Of a stretch of 63,833 nt of DNA, positions 38,236 to 51,857 are shown piece by piece (position 1 is the first letter of the stretch; every line of letters starts with the position of its first letter). Both the position numbers and the translations under genes were made by a program. This DNA comes from Isurus oxyrinchus (taxonomy: Eukaryota), in contig JANJGN010000150.1 in NCBI GenBank assembly GCA_026770705.1, positions 992,168 through 1,056,000 on the forward strand, read 5' to 3'. The notes under the pieces are model-generated. The model worked only from the letters and a program-made list of their open reading frames with translations, was not told the DNA's origin and did not search any database.

Positions 38236-39944
38236 GTAATATCATCGTCAGCTCAGACAGTTTTATGGTTAATAGTCTTTGTAAAAGGTCATTCTTATTG
38301 ATTTGTGATAGGGAACTGATTCAGCAGTGAGCCTGTGTACAAACTCACACCATATCCCATTCACCCATCACCCCTGTGCCCACTGATATACACTGACTCC
38401 CTGTCTGACAGCAGAATTGGAGGAGAACAGAGGTCTTGGAGGGTTGTAGGGGCTGGAGAAGGTTACAGAGTTGGGCAGGATTGTAGCGGCGAGATCAGAA
38501 GTCGGGCGTTGGCCAGTGAGCGAGGCGGAGTGATAGTTTGAGCAGGAAATCAGGGATGAAAACTGAGGGATGAAGTCTATCCCGCTGCTAAGACTATGAT
38601 AGCTATAAGCTGAAATTAGTGTCTGTTGCTGATTTTAGTCAGAATTTCCCATGAAGACAACACAGCAGCTCCTAGAATAGACAGGCTGTTCAGTGTCACA
38701 CTTCCTGTCCATTCTCACCTTGCTAGAAACTTTGATAAGGGGCAAGATAACTGAAAGAGAGAAGAAAGGCAAAGGTGTCTGTGTGTAAAACTGTCAAATA
38801 TTCTGAGTTACCATGAGTGTCTCTGATCTGCTGCAGAGTTTAAATTTCACAGAATCTGAGCACTTTGCAGCTCAGAGAGAGACCATTGACTCACTGCCTG
38901 AAAGGGCAGTGGAAGCAGATTCAACAGGAACTTTCAGAAGGGGAACTGGATAAATACTTGAAGGGGACATTTTGTAGGGCTGTGGAGAAGAGAGAGCAGA
39001 GGTGAGATGGGAATAAGTGGACAGATCTTTCAAAGCCTCAACTATTCACAATCTACATTAGTAACTTGGATGAAGGGACTGACTGGACTGTCGGCAGATT
39101 TTCTGACTGTATGGTGCAGATAGGTACGAAATATATAAGCTGGGCAGGAAAGTAAGTTGTGAGGAGGACACAAAGAGGCTGCAGAGGGAGATAAATAGTT
39201 TCAGTGGGTGAATAAAAAAATGAGTGGATGGAATATAAGGAATGAAAATGTCAGGGTGTCCAGCTGATCCTACTTGTTCTGTTCTTATATTCTTATATAG
39301 ACACAGGGTTTACTGACAGTGCACAGCAAAGTGCTGTTCTCTCACTTTGTTCCAACTTCCTCATTTTGTCTCACAGTGACACATCAGCTCTTTCTAATTA
39401 AACACACAGAGGGAGCAGCACAGGAAGAGGTCATTCAGCCCAAGCAGAGCGTGTGGGCAGTTCCTCCCCAGGCGAGCAGTCGGACAGGTCCTGGGTAAGT
39501 AACGGAACGATTGGAATTCACTTCCACCACCAATACCATCCTTTGTTGATGTTGTGACTTTATAAGGACAGATTCCAATGATTGATGCCTTTGAAAGATT
39601 TCTACTGATTATTGAGATCTGGGTGTGAGGCTCAAGTCTGTTGTGCAGAACATTTTTCTAGCTCAATAGATGAGGGAAGTGCAGAGACATGAGATTTGGG
39701 ATGTCCTGAGGTGGTGAAAGGTGCTATAGGAATGCAAGTCCTTCCTTGTTTTTCTTTCTTAAAGCCATGTAACTCTCTGCAGAGCGCCTATCATCCCACA
39801 GAGAATCAAATTAGTCTGTGAAGACATTGTCTAAAAGCAGTTCTGATCTCTCGAGAGCTGTCGGACAAGAGGTGAGGTCTCATTAACTCATTTCTCTTTC
39901 AGAGCTTGAGAGTGAGAACCTGATGAAATATCTGGGAGTGGACA

Positions 39945-39984
39945 ATGATTGGGAAATCTTACTTCCTCCTGTCACTTCTCCAAG
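39945..39984 (+). CDS. Leader exon coding part, unit 18: MIGKSYFLLSLLQ
   Basis: Intact ATG, frame and donor. Confidence 0.55.
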
Positions 39985-41704
39985 GTAATATCTTCAGCTC
40001 TGACAGATTTATGGGTAATAGTCTTTGTAAAAGAACATTCTTATTGATCTGTGATTGGGAACCGATTCAGCAGTGACACGGTCTACAAACTCACACCAAG
40101 TCCCAATCACCAAACAGCCCTGTGCTCACTTATATACACGGACTTCTTGCACGACAGCAGAATTGGAGGAGAGCAGAGGTCTTGGATGGTTGTAGATTCT
40201 GGTGGAGGTTACAGAGTTAGACAGGTTTGTAGAAGCTAGAGCAGAATCTTAAAATTCAGTAGCTGTCAGACCTTTGTCAGTGAGCAATGGGGATTGAAGG
40301 GTCGAGTAGAGAAGCAGGGATAAATAATGGGGGATGAAGTCCGTCCTAATGTGAGGTCTCCGATATCAATGGCCTGAAATATGTGCCCGTTGCTGCCTTT
40401 ATTCGAAATTGCCCATGAAGACAACACAGTAGCTCCTCGAATAGACAGGCTGTTCAGTGTCACACTTCCTGTCCATTCTCACCTTGCTAGAAACTTCAAT
40501 AAGGGAGCAAGATAACTGACAGAGAAAGGAAGGCAAAGCTGTCTGTGTGTAAAACTGTCAAATATTCTGAGTTCTCATGAGCGTCTCTGATCTGCTGCAG
40601 AGTTTAAATTTCACAGAATCTTAGCACTTTGCAGCTCAGAGAGAGACCATTGACTCACTGCCTGAAAGGGCAGTGGAAGCAGATTCAACAGGAACTTTCA
40701 GAAGGGGAACTGGATAAGTACTTGAAGGGGACATTTTGCAGGGCTGTGGAGGAGAGAGTAGAGCTGAGCGTGGGAATAATTGGACAGATCTTTCAAAGCC
40801 TCAACTATTCACAATCTACATTAGTGACTTGGATGAAGAGACTGATTGTACTGTCGGCAGATTTTCTGACTGTGTGGTGAAGATAGGTAGGAAATATGTA
40901 AGCTGGGCAGGAAAGCAAGTTGTGAGGAGGGCACAAAGAGGCGGTAGAGGGAGACAAATAGTTTTAGTGGGTGGACAAAAAAATGAATGGTTGGCATATA
41001 AGGGGGGAAATGTCAGGGTGTCCAGCTGATTCTATTTGTTCTGTTCTTATATTCTTATACAGACACAGGGTTTACTGACAGTGCACAGCAAAGTGCTGTT
41101 CACTCACTTTGTTACAACTTCCTCATTTTGTCTCACATTGATACATCAGCTCTTTCTAATTAAATACACAGAGGGAGCAGCACAGGAAGAGGTCATTCAG
41201 CCCAAGCAAAGCGTGTGGGCAGTTCCTCCCCAGGCGAGCAGTCGGACAGGTCCTGGGTAAGTAACAGAATGATTGGAATTCACTTCCACGACCAACACCG
41301 TCCTTTTTGATGTTGTGACTTTCTAAAGACAGATTCCAATGATTGATGCCTTTGAAAGATTTCTACTGATTATTGAGATCTGGGTGTGAGGTTCAAGTCT
41401 GTTGTACAGAACATCTTTCTAGCTCAAGGGATGAGACAAGTGCAGAGACATGAGATTTGGGATGTCCTAGATGGTGAAGAGCACTATTGAAATGCAAGTC
41501 CTTCCTTGCTTTTCTTTCTTAAAGCCTTGTAGCTCACTGCAGAGCACCTATCATCCCGCAGAGAACCAAATTAGTCTATGAAGACATTGTCTAAAAGGAG
41601 TTCTGATCTCTCGAGAGCTGTCGGACAAGAGGTGAGGTCTCATTAAATCCATTTTCTTTCAGAGCTTGAGAGTGAGAAACTGATGAAATATCTGGGAGTG
41701 GACA

Positions 41705-41744
41705 ATGATCGGGAAATCTTACTTCGTCCTGTCGCTTCTCCAAG
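41705..41744 (+). CDS. Leader exon coding part, unit 19: MIGKSYFVLSLLQ
   Basis: Intact ATG, frame and donor. Confidence 0.55.
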
Positions 41745-44700
41745 GTAATATCATCAGCTTGAACAGATTTATGGTTAATAGTCTTTGTAAAAGATCATTC
41801 TCATTGATCTGTGATTGGGAACTGATTCAGCAGTGAGCCATTGTACAAACTCAAACCAAGTCTCATTCACCCATCACAACTGTGCTCACTGGTATACACT
41901 GACTCCCTGTCTGACTGCAGAATTGGAGGAGAGCAGAGATCCTGGATGGTTGTAGAGGCTGGAGGAGGTTACATACTTAGGCAGGATAGTAGCAGCGAGA
42001 GCAGAATCTTAAAATTCAGGTGATGTCGGACATTGGACATTGAGCAATGGGGATTGATGGGTTGAGTAGAGAAGCAGGGATAAATACTGGGGAATGTAGT
42101 CTATTCTGCTGCAAGGTCTCCGATAGCAATGGTCTGAAATTTGTGTCCTTTGCTGCCTTTATTCAAAATATCCCATGAAGACAACACAGCAGCTCCTAGA
42201 ATAGACAGGCTGTTCAGTATCGCGCTTCCTGTCCAGTATCACCATGCTAGATACTTCAATAAGGGAGCAAGATAACTGAAAGAGAAAAGGAAGGCTAAGC
42301 TCTCTCTGTGTAAATGTCTCAAATATTCTGAGTTCTCATGATTGTCTCTGATCTGCTGCAGAGTTTAAATTTCACAGAATCTTAGCACTTTGGAGTTCAG
42401 AGAGAAACCATTGACTCACTGCCTGAAAGGGCGGTGGAAACAGATTCAACAGGAACTTTCAGAAGTGGAACTGGGTAAATAGTTGAAGGGGACATTTTGT
42501 TGGGCTGTGGTGGAGAGAGCAGATGGGAGAGTGGGAATAATTGGACAGATCTTTCAAAGCCTCAACTATTCACAATCTACATTAGCGACTTGGATGAAGA
42601 GACTGACTGTACTGTAGACAGATTTTCTGTCTGGTGCAGATAGGTACGAAATATATAAGCTGTGCAGGAAAGCAAGTTGTGAGGAGGGCACAAAGAGGCT
42701 GGAGAGGCAGATAAATAGTTTCAGTGAGTGGATAAAAAAATGAGTGGTTGGCATATAAGGAGGGAAAATGTCAGGGTGTCCAGCTGATCCTACTTGTTCT
42801 GCTCTTATATTCTTATACAGACACAAGGTTTACTGACAGTGTACAGCAAAGTGCTGTTCTCTCACTTTGTTCCAACTTCCTCATTTTGACTCACAGTGAA
42901 ATATCAGCTCTTTCTAATTAAATACACAGAGGGATCAGCACAGGAAGAGGTCATTCAGCCTTAGCAGAGCGTATGGGCATGCTCCTCCCCAGGCGAGCAG
43001 TCGGACAGGTCCTGGGTAAGTAACGGAACAATTGGAATTCACTTCAATGACCAGCACCGGGCTTTAGTTGATGTTGTGACTTTATAAAGACAGATTCCAA
43101 TGATTGATGCCTTTGAAAGATTTCTACTGATTATTGAGATCTGGGTGTGAGGCTCAAGTCTGTTGTACAGAACATCTTTCTAGCTCAAGGGATGAGGGAA
43201 GTGCAGAGACATGAGCTTTGGGATGCCCTGAGGTGGTGAATGGTGCTATAGAAATGCAAGTCCTTCCTTGTTTTTCTTTCTTAAAGCCTTGTTACTCTCT
43301 GCAGAGCACCTATCATCGCACATAGAATCAAATTAGTCGGTGAAGCCATTATTTAAAAGCAGTTCTGATCTCTCGACCGCTGTCCCATTCACACCAAGTC
43401 CCATTCACCCATCACCACTGTGCTCACTGGTATACACTGACTCCCTGTCTGATAGCAGAATTGGAGCAGAGCAGAGATCTTGGAGGGTTGTAGATGCTGG
43501 AGGAGGTTACAGAGTTAGGCAAGATTGTAGCAGCGAGAGCACAATCTTAAAATTCAGGTGCTGTCTGACATTGGTCAGTGAGCAATGGGGATTGATGGGT
43601 TGAGTAGAGAAGCATGGATAAATACTGGGGGATGAAGTCTATTCTGCAACAAGGTCTCCGATAGCAATGGTCTGAAATTTGTATCCTTTGCTGCCTTTAT
43701 TCAAAATTTCACATGAAGACAACACAGCAGCTCCTAGAATAGACAGGCTGTTCAGTGTCACACTTCCTGTCCATTCTCACCATGCTAGATACTTCAATAA
43801 GGGAGCAAGATAACTGAAAGAGAGAAGGAAGGTAAAGCTCTCTCTGTGTAAATGTCTCAAATATTCTGAGTTATCATGTTTGTTTCTGATCTGCTGCAGA
43901 GTTTAAATTTCACAGAATCTGAGCACTTTGCAGCTCAGAGAGAGACCATTGACTCACTGCTTGAAAGGGCGGTGGAAGCAGATTCAACAGGAACTTTCAG
44001 AAGGGGAACTGGATAAATACTTGAAGGGGACATTTTGTAGGGCTGTGGAGGAGAGAGCAGAGGTGAGCGTGGGAATAATTGGACAGATCTTTCAAAGCCT
44101 CAACTATTCACAATCTACATTAGTGACTTGGATGAAGAAACTGACTGTACTGTAGACAGATTTTCTGACTGTATGGTGCAGATAGGTACGAAATATATAA
44201 GCTGGGCAGGAAAGCAAGTTGTGAGGAGGGCACAAAGAGGCTGGAGAGGCAAATAAATAGTTTCAGTGAGTGGATAAAAAAATGAGTGGTTGGCATATAA
44301 AGAGAGAAAATGTCAGGGTGTCCAGCTGATCTTACTTTTTCTGTTCTTATATTCTTATACAGACACAGGGTTTGCTGACAGTGCACAGCTAAGTGCTGTT
44401 CTCCCACTTTGTTCCAACTTCCTCATTTTGACTCACAGTGAAATATCAGCTCTTTCTAAGTAAATACACAGATGGATCAACACAGGAAGAGGTCATTCAG
44501 CCCAAACACAGCGTGTGGGCAGTTCCTCCCCAGGCGAGCAGTCGGACAGGTCCTGGGTAATTAACGGAACGATTGAAATTCACTTCCACCACAAACACCG
44601 TCCTTTGTTGATGTTGTGACTTTATAAAGACAGATTCCAATGATTGATGCCTTTGAAAGATTTCCACTGATTATTGAGATTTGGGTGTGAGGCTCAAGTC

Positions 44701-45006
44701 TGTTGTACAGAACATCTTTCTAGCTCAAGGGATGAGGGAAGTGCAGAGACATGAGCTTTGGGATGTCCTGAGGTGGTGAAAGGTGCTATAGAAATACAAG
44801 TCCTTCCTTGTTTTTCTTTCTTAAAGCCTTGTTACTCTCTGCAGAGCACCTATCATCGCACATAGAATCAAATTAGTCGGTGAAGACATTATTTAAAAGC
44901 AGTTCTGATCTCTCGACCGCTGTCGGACAAGACGTGAGGTCTCATTAACTCATTTCTCTTTCAGACCTTGAGAGTGAGAAGCTGATGTAATAGCTGGGAG
45001 TGGACA

Positions 45007-45046
45007 ATGATCTGGAAATCTTACTTCTTCCTGTCACTTCTCCAAG
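45007..45046 (+). CDS. Leader exon coding part, unit 21: MIWKSYFFLSLLQ
   Basis: Intact ATG, frame and donor. Confidence 0.55.
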
Positions 45047-46755
45047 GTAATATCATCGTCAGCTCAGACAGTTTTATGGTTAATAGTCTTTGTAAAAGGT
45101 CATTCTTATTGATTTGTGATAGGGAACTGATTCAGCAGTGAGCCAGTGTACAAACGCACACCATATCCCATTCACCCATCACCCCTGTGCTCACTGACGT
45201 ACACTGACTCCCTGTCTGACAGCAGAATTGGAGGAGAGCAGAGGTCTTGGAGGGTTGTAGGGGCTGGAGAAGGTTACAGAGTTGGGCAGGATTGTAGCGG
45301 CGAGATCAGAAGTCGGGCGTTGGCCAGTGAGCGAAGCGGAGTGATAGTTTGAGCAGGAAATCAGGGATAAATAATGGGGGATGAAGTCTATCCCGATGCT
45401 AAGACTATGATAGCTATAAGCTGAAATTAGTGTCTGTTGCTGATTTTAGTCAGAATTTCCCATGAAGACAACACAGCAGCTCCTAGAATAGACAGGCTGT
45501 TCAGTGTCACACTTCCTGTCCATTCTCACCTTGCTAGATACTTCAATAAGGGAGCAAGATAACTGAAAGAGAGAAGGAAGGTAAAGCTGTCTGTGTGTAA
45601 AGCTGTCAAATATTCTGAGTTATCATGAGTGTCTCTGACCTGCTGCAGAGTTTAAATTTCACAGAATCTGAGCACTTTGCAGCTCAGAGAGAGACCATTG
45701 ACTCACTGCCTGAAAGGGCGGTGGAAGCAGATTCAACAGGAACTTTCAGAAGGGGAACTGGATAAATACTTGAAGGGGACATTTTGTAGGGCTGTGGAGG
45801 AGAGAGCAGAGGTGAGCGTGGGAATAATTAGACAGATCTTTCAAAGCCTCAACTATTCACAATCTACATTAGTGACTTGGATGAAGGGACTGACTGTATT
45901 GTAGACAGATTTTCTGACTGTATGGTGCAGATAGGTACGAAATATATAAGCTGGGCAGGAAAGTAAATTGTGAGGAGGGCACAAAGAGGCTGCAGAGGGA
46001 GATAAATAGTTTCAGTGGGTGAATAAAAAAATGAGTGGATGGAATATAAGGAATGAAAATGTCAGGGTGTCCAGCTGATCCTACTTGTTCTGTTCTTATA
46101 TTCTTATACAGACACAGGGTTTACTGACAGTGCACAGCAAAGTGCTGTTCTCTCACTTTGTTCCAACTTCCTCATTTTGTCTCACAGTGACATATCAGCT
46201 CTTTCTAATTAAACACACAGAGGGAGCAGCACAGGAAGAGGTCATTCAGCCCAAGCAGAGCGTGTGGGCAGTTCCTCCCCAGGCGAGCAGTCGGACAGGT
46301 CCTGGGTAAGTAACGGAACGATTGGAATTCACTTCCACCACCAATACCATCCTTTGTTGATGTTGTGACTTTATAAGGACAGATTCCAATGATTGATGCC
46401 TTTGAAAGATTTCTACTGATTATTGAGATCTGGGTGTGAGGCTCAAGTCTGTTGTACAGAACATCTTTCTAGCTCAATAGATGAGGGAAGTGCAGAGACA
46501 TGAGATTTGGGATGTCCTGAGGTGGTGAAAGGTGCTATAGGAATGCAAGTCCTTCCTTGTTTTTCTTTCTTTAAGCCATATAACTCTCTGTAGAGCACCT
46601 ATCATCCCACAGAGAATCAAATTAGTCTGTGAAGACATTGTCTAAAAGCAGTTCTGATCTCTCGAGTGCTGTCGGACAAGAGGTGAGGTCTCATTAACTC
46701 ATTTCTCTTTCAGAGCTTGAGAGTGAGAACCTGATGAAATATCTGGGAGTGGACA

Positions 46756-46795
46756 ATGATTGGGAAATCTTACTTCCTCCTGTCACTTCTCCAAG
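46756..46795 (+). CDS. Leader exon coding part, unit 22: MIGKSYFLLSLLQ
   Basis: Intact ATG, frame and donor. Confidence 0.55.
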
Positions 46796-48515
46796 GTAAT
46801 ATCTTCAGCTCTGACAGATTTATGGGTAATAGTCTTTGTAAAAGAGCATTCTTATTGATCTGTGATTGGGAACCGATTCAGCAGTGACACGGTCTACAAA
46901 CTCACACCAAGTCCCAATCACCGAACAGCCCTGTGCTCACTTATATACACGGACTTCTCGCACGACAGCAGAATTGGAGGAGAGCAGAGGTCTTGGATGG
47001 TTGTAGAGTCTGGTGGAGGTTACAGAGTTAGACAGGTTTGTAGAAGCTAGAGCAGAATCTTAAAATTCAGTAGCTGTCGGACCTTTGTCAGTGAGCAATG
47101 GGGATTGAAGGGTCGAGTAGAGAAGCAGGGATAAATAATGGGGGATGAAGTCCGTCCTAATGTGAGGTCTCCGATATCAATGGCCTGAAATATGTGCCCG
47201 TTGCTGCCTTTATTCGAAATTGCCCATGAAGACAACACAGTAGCTCCAAGAATAGACAGGCTGTTCAGTGTCACACTTCCTGTCCATTCTCACCTTGCTA
47301 GATACTTCAATAAGGGAGCAAGATAACTGACAGAGAAAGGAAGGCAAAGCTGTCTGTGTGTAAAACTGTCAAATATTCTGAGTTCTCATGAGCGTCTCTG
47401 ATCTGCTGCAGAGTTTAAATTTCACAGAATCTTAGCACTTTGCAGCTCAGAGAGAGACCATTGACTCACTGCCTGAAAGGGCAGTGGAAGCAGATTCAAC
47501 AGGAACTTTCAGAAGGGGAACTGGATAAATACTTCAAGGGGACATTTTGCAGGGCTGTGGAGGAGAGAGTAGAGCTGAGCGTGGGAATAATTGGACAGAT
47601 CTTTCAAAGCCTCAACTATTCACAATCTACATTAGTGACTTGGATGAAGAGACTGATTGTACTGTCGGCAGATTTTCTGACTGTGTGTTGAAGATAGGTA
47701 GGAAATATGTAAGCTGGGCAGGAAAGCAAGTTGTGAGGAGGGCACAAAGAGGCGGTAGAGGGAGACAAATAGTTTTAGTGGGTGGACAAAAAAATGAATG
47801 GTTGGCATATAAGGGGGGAAATGTCAGGGTGTCCAGCTGATTCTATTTGTTCTGTTCTTATATTCTTATACAGACACAGGGTTTACTGACAGTGCACAGC
47901 AAAGTGCTGTTCTCTCACTTTGTTCCAACTTCCTCATTTTGTCTCACAGTGACATATCAGCTCTTTCTAATTAAATACACAGAGGGAGCAGCACAGGAAG
48001 AGGTCATTCAGCCCAAGCAAAGCGTGTGGGCAGTTTATCCCCAGGCGAGCAGTCGGACAGGTCCTGGGTAAGTAACAGAATGATTGGAATTCACTTCCAC
48101 GACCAACACCGTCCTTTTTGATGTTGTGACTTTATAAAGACAGATTCCAATGATTGATGCCTTTGAAAGATTTCTACTGATTATTGAGATCTGGGTGTGA
48201 GGTTCAAGTCTATTGTACAGAACATCTTTCTAGCTCAAGGGATGAGACAAGTGCAGAGACATGAGATTTGGGATGTCGTAGATGGTGAAGAGCACTATTG
48301 AAATGCAAGTCCTTCCTTGCTTTTCTTTCTTAAAGCCTTGTAGCTCACTGCAGAGCACCTATCATCCCGCAGAGAACCAAATTAGTCTATGAAGACATTG
48401 TCTAAAAGCAGTTCTGATCTCTCGAGAGCTGTCGGACAAGAGGTGAGGTCTCATTAAATCCATTTTCTTTCAGAGCTTGAGAGTGAGAAACTGATGAAAT
48501 ATCTGGGAGTGGACA

Positions 48516-48555
48516 ATGATCGGGAAATCTTACTTCGTCCTGTCGCTTCTCCAAG
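48516..48555 (+). CDS. Leader exon coding part, unit 23: MIGKSYFVLSLLQ
   Basis: Intact; start of ORF 48516 in the track. Confidence 0.55.
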
Positions 48556-51500
48556 GTAATATCATCAGCTTGAACAGATTTATGGTTAATAGTCTTTGTA
48601 AAAGATCATTCTCATTGATCTGTGATTGGGAACTGATTCAGCAGTGTGCCAGTGTACAAACTCAAACCAAGTCTCATTCACCCATCACAACTGTGCTCAC
48701 TGGTATACACTGACTCCCTGTCTGACTGCAGAATTGGAGGAGAGCAGAGATCCTGGATGGTTGTAGAGGCTGGAGGAGGTTACATACTTAGGCAGGATAG
48801 TAGCAGCGAGAGCAGAATCTTAAAGTTCAGGTGATGTCGGACATTGGACATTGAGCAATGGGGATTGATGGGTTGAGTAGAGAAGCAGGGATAAATACTG
48901 GGGAATGTAGTCTATTCTGCTGCAAGGTCTCCGATAGCAATGGTCTGAAATTTGTGTCCTTTGCTGCCTTTATTCAAAATATCCCATGAAGACAACACAG
49001 CAGCTCCTAGAATAGACAGGCTGTTCAGTATCACGCTTCCTGTCCAGTATCACCATGCTAGATACTTCAATAAGGGAGCAAGATAACTGAAAGAGAAAAG
49101 GAAGGCTAAGCTCTCTCTGTGTAAATGTCTCAAATATTCTGAGTTCTCATGATTGTCTCTGATCTGCTGCAGAGTTTAAATTTCACAGAATCTTAGCACT
49201 TTGGAGTTCAGAGAGAAACCATTGACTCACTGCCTGAAAGGGCGGTGGAAACAGATTCAACAGGAACTTTCAGAAGTGGAACTGGGTAAATAGTTGAAGG
49301 GGACATTTTGTTGGGCTGTGGTGGAGAGAGCAGATGGGAGAGTGGGAATAATTGGACAGATCTTTCAAAGCCTCAACTATTCACAATCTACAATGGCGAC
49401 TTGGATGAAGAGACTGACTGTACTGTAGACAGATTTTCTGTCTGGTGCAGATAGGTACGAAATATATAAGCTGTGCAGGAAAGCAAGTTGTGAGGAGGGC
49501 ACAAAGAGGCTGGAGAGGCAGATAAATAGTTTCAGTGAGTGGATAAAAAAATGAGTGGTTGGCATATAAGGAGGGAAAATGTCAGGGTGTCCAGCTGATC
49601 CTACTTGTTCTGCTCTTATATTCTTATACAGACACAAGGTTTACTGACAGTGTACAGCAAAGTGCTGTTCTCTCACTTTGTTCCAACTTCCTCATTTTGA
49701 CTCACAGTGAAATATCAGCTCTTTCTAATTAAATACACAGAGGGATCAGCACAGGAAGAGGTCATTCAGCCTTAGCAGAGCGTGTGGGCATGCTCCTCCC
49801 CAGGCGAGCAGTCGGACAGGTCCTGGGTAAGTAACGGAACAATTGGAATTCACTTCAATGACCAGCACCGGGCTTTAGTTGATGTTGTGACTTTATAAAG
49901 ACAGATTCCAATGATTGATGCCTTTGAAAGATTTCTACTGATTATTGAGATCTGGGTGTGAGGCTCAAGTCTGTTGTACAGAACATCTTTCTAGCTCAAG
50001 GGATGAGGGAAGTGCACAGACATGAGCTTTGGGATGTCCTGAGGTGGTGAAAGGTGCTATAGAAATGCAAGTCCTTCCTTGTTTTTCTTTCTTAAAGCCT
50101 TGTTACTCTCTGCAGAGCACCTATCATCGCACATAGAATCAAATTAGTCGGTGAAGCCATTATTTAAAAGCAGTTCTGATCTCTCGACCGCTGTCCCATT
50201 CACACCAAGTCCCATTCACCCATCACCACTGTGCTCACTGGTATACACTGACTCCCTGTCTGATAGCAGAATTGGAGCAGAGCAGAGATCTTGGATGGTT
50301 GTAGATGCTGGAGGAGGTTACAGAGTTAGGCAAGATTGTAGCAGCGAGAGCACAATCTTAAAATTCAGGTGCTGTCTGACATTGGTCAGTGAGCAATGGG
50401 GATTGATGGGTTGAGTAGAGGATCATGGATAAATACTGGGGGATGAAGTCTATTCTGCTACAAGGTCTCCGATAGCAATGGTCTGAAATTTGTATCCTTT
50501 GCTGCCTTTATTCAAAATTTCCCATGAAGACAACACAGCAGCTCCTAGAATAGACAGGCTGTTCAGTGTCACACTTCCTGTCCATTCTCACCATGCTAGA
50601 TACTTCAATAAGGGAGCAAGATAACTGAAAGAGAAAAGGAAGGTAAAGCTCTCTCTGTGTAAATGTCTCAAATATTCTGAGTTATCATGTTTGTTTCTGA
50701 TCTGCTGCAGAGTTTAAATTTCACAGAATCTGAGCACTTTGCAGCTCAGAGAGAGACCATTGACTCACTGCTTGAAAGGGCGGTGGAAGCAGATTCAACA
50801 GGAACTTTCAGAAGGGGAACTCGATAAATAGTTGAAGGGGACATTTTGTAGGGCTGTGGAGGAGAGAGCAGAGGTGAGAGTGGGAATAATTGGACAGATC
50901 TTTCAAAGACTCAACTATTCACAATCTACATTAGTGACTTGGATGAAGAAACTGACTGTACTGTAGACAGATTTTCTGACTGTATGGTGCAGATAGGTAC
51001 GAAATATATAAGCTGGGCAGGAAAGCAAGTTGTGAGGAGGGCACAAAGAGGCTGGAGAGGCAAATAAATAGTTTCAGTGAGTGGATAAAAAAATGAGTGG
51101 TTGGCATATAAAGAGAGAAAATGTCAGGGTGTCCAGCTGATCTTACTTTTTCTGTTCTTATATTCTTATACAGACACAGGGTTTGCTGACAGTGCACAGC
51201 TAAGTGCTGTTCTCCCACTTTGTTCCAACTTCCTCATTTTGACTCACAGTGAAATATCAGCTCTTTCTAAGTAAATACACAGATGGATCAACACAGGAAG
51301 AGGTCATTCAGCCCAAACACAGCGTGTGGGCAGTTCCTCCCCAGGCGAGCAGTCGGACAGGTCCTGGGTAATTAACGGAACGATTGAAATTCACTTCCAC
51401 CACAAACACCGTCCTTTGTTGATGTTGTGACTTTATAAAGACAGATTCCAATGATTGATGCCTTTGAAAGATTTCCACTGATTATTGAGATTTGGGTGTG

Positions 51501-51817
51501 AGGCTCAAGTCTGTTGTACAGAACATCTTTCTAGCTCAAGGGATGAGGGAAGTGCAGAGACATGAGCTTTGGGATGTCCTGAGGTGGTGAAAGGTGCTAT
51601 AGAAATGCAAGTCCTTCCTTGTTTTTCTTTCTTAAAGCCTTGTTACTCTCTGCAGAGCACCTATCATCGCACATAGAATCAAATTAGTCGGTGAAGACAT
51701 TATTTAAAAGCAGTTCTGATCTCTCGACCGCTGTCGGACAAGACGTGAGGTCTCATTAACTCCTTTCTCTTTCAGACCTTGAGAGTGAGAAGCTGATGTA
51801 ATATCTGGGAGTGGACA

Positions 51818-51857
51818 ATGATCGGGAAATCTTACTTCTTCCTGTCACTTCTCCAAG
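51818..51857 (+). CDS. Leader exon coding part, unit 25: MIGKSYFFLSLLQ
   Basis: Intact ATG, frame and donor. Confidence 0.55.
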
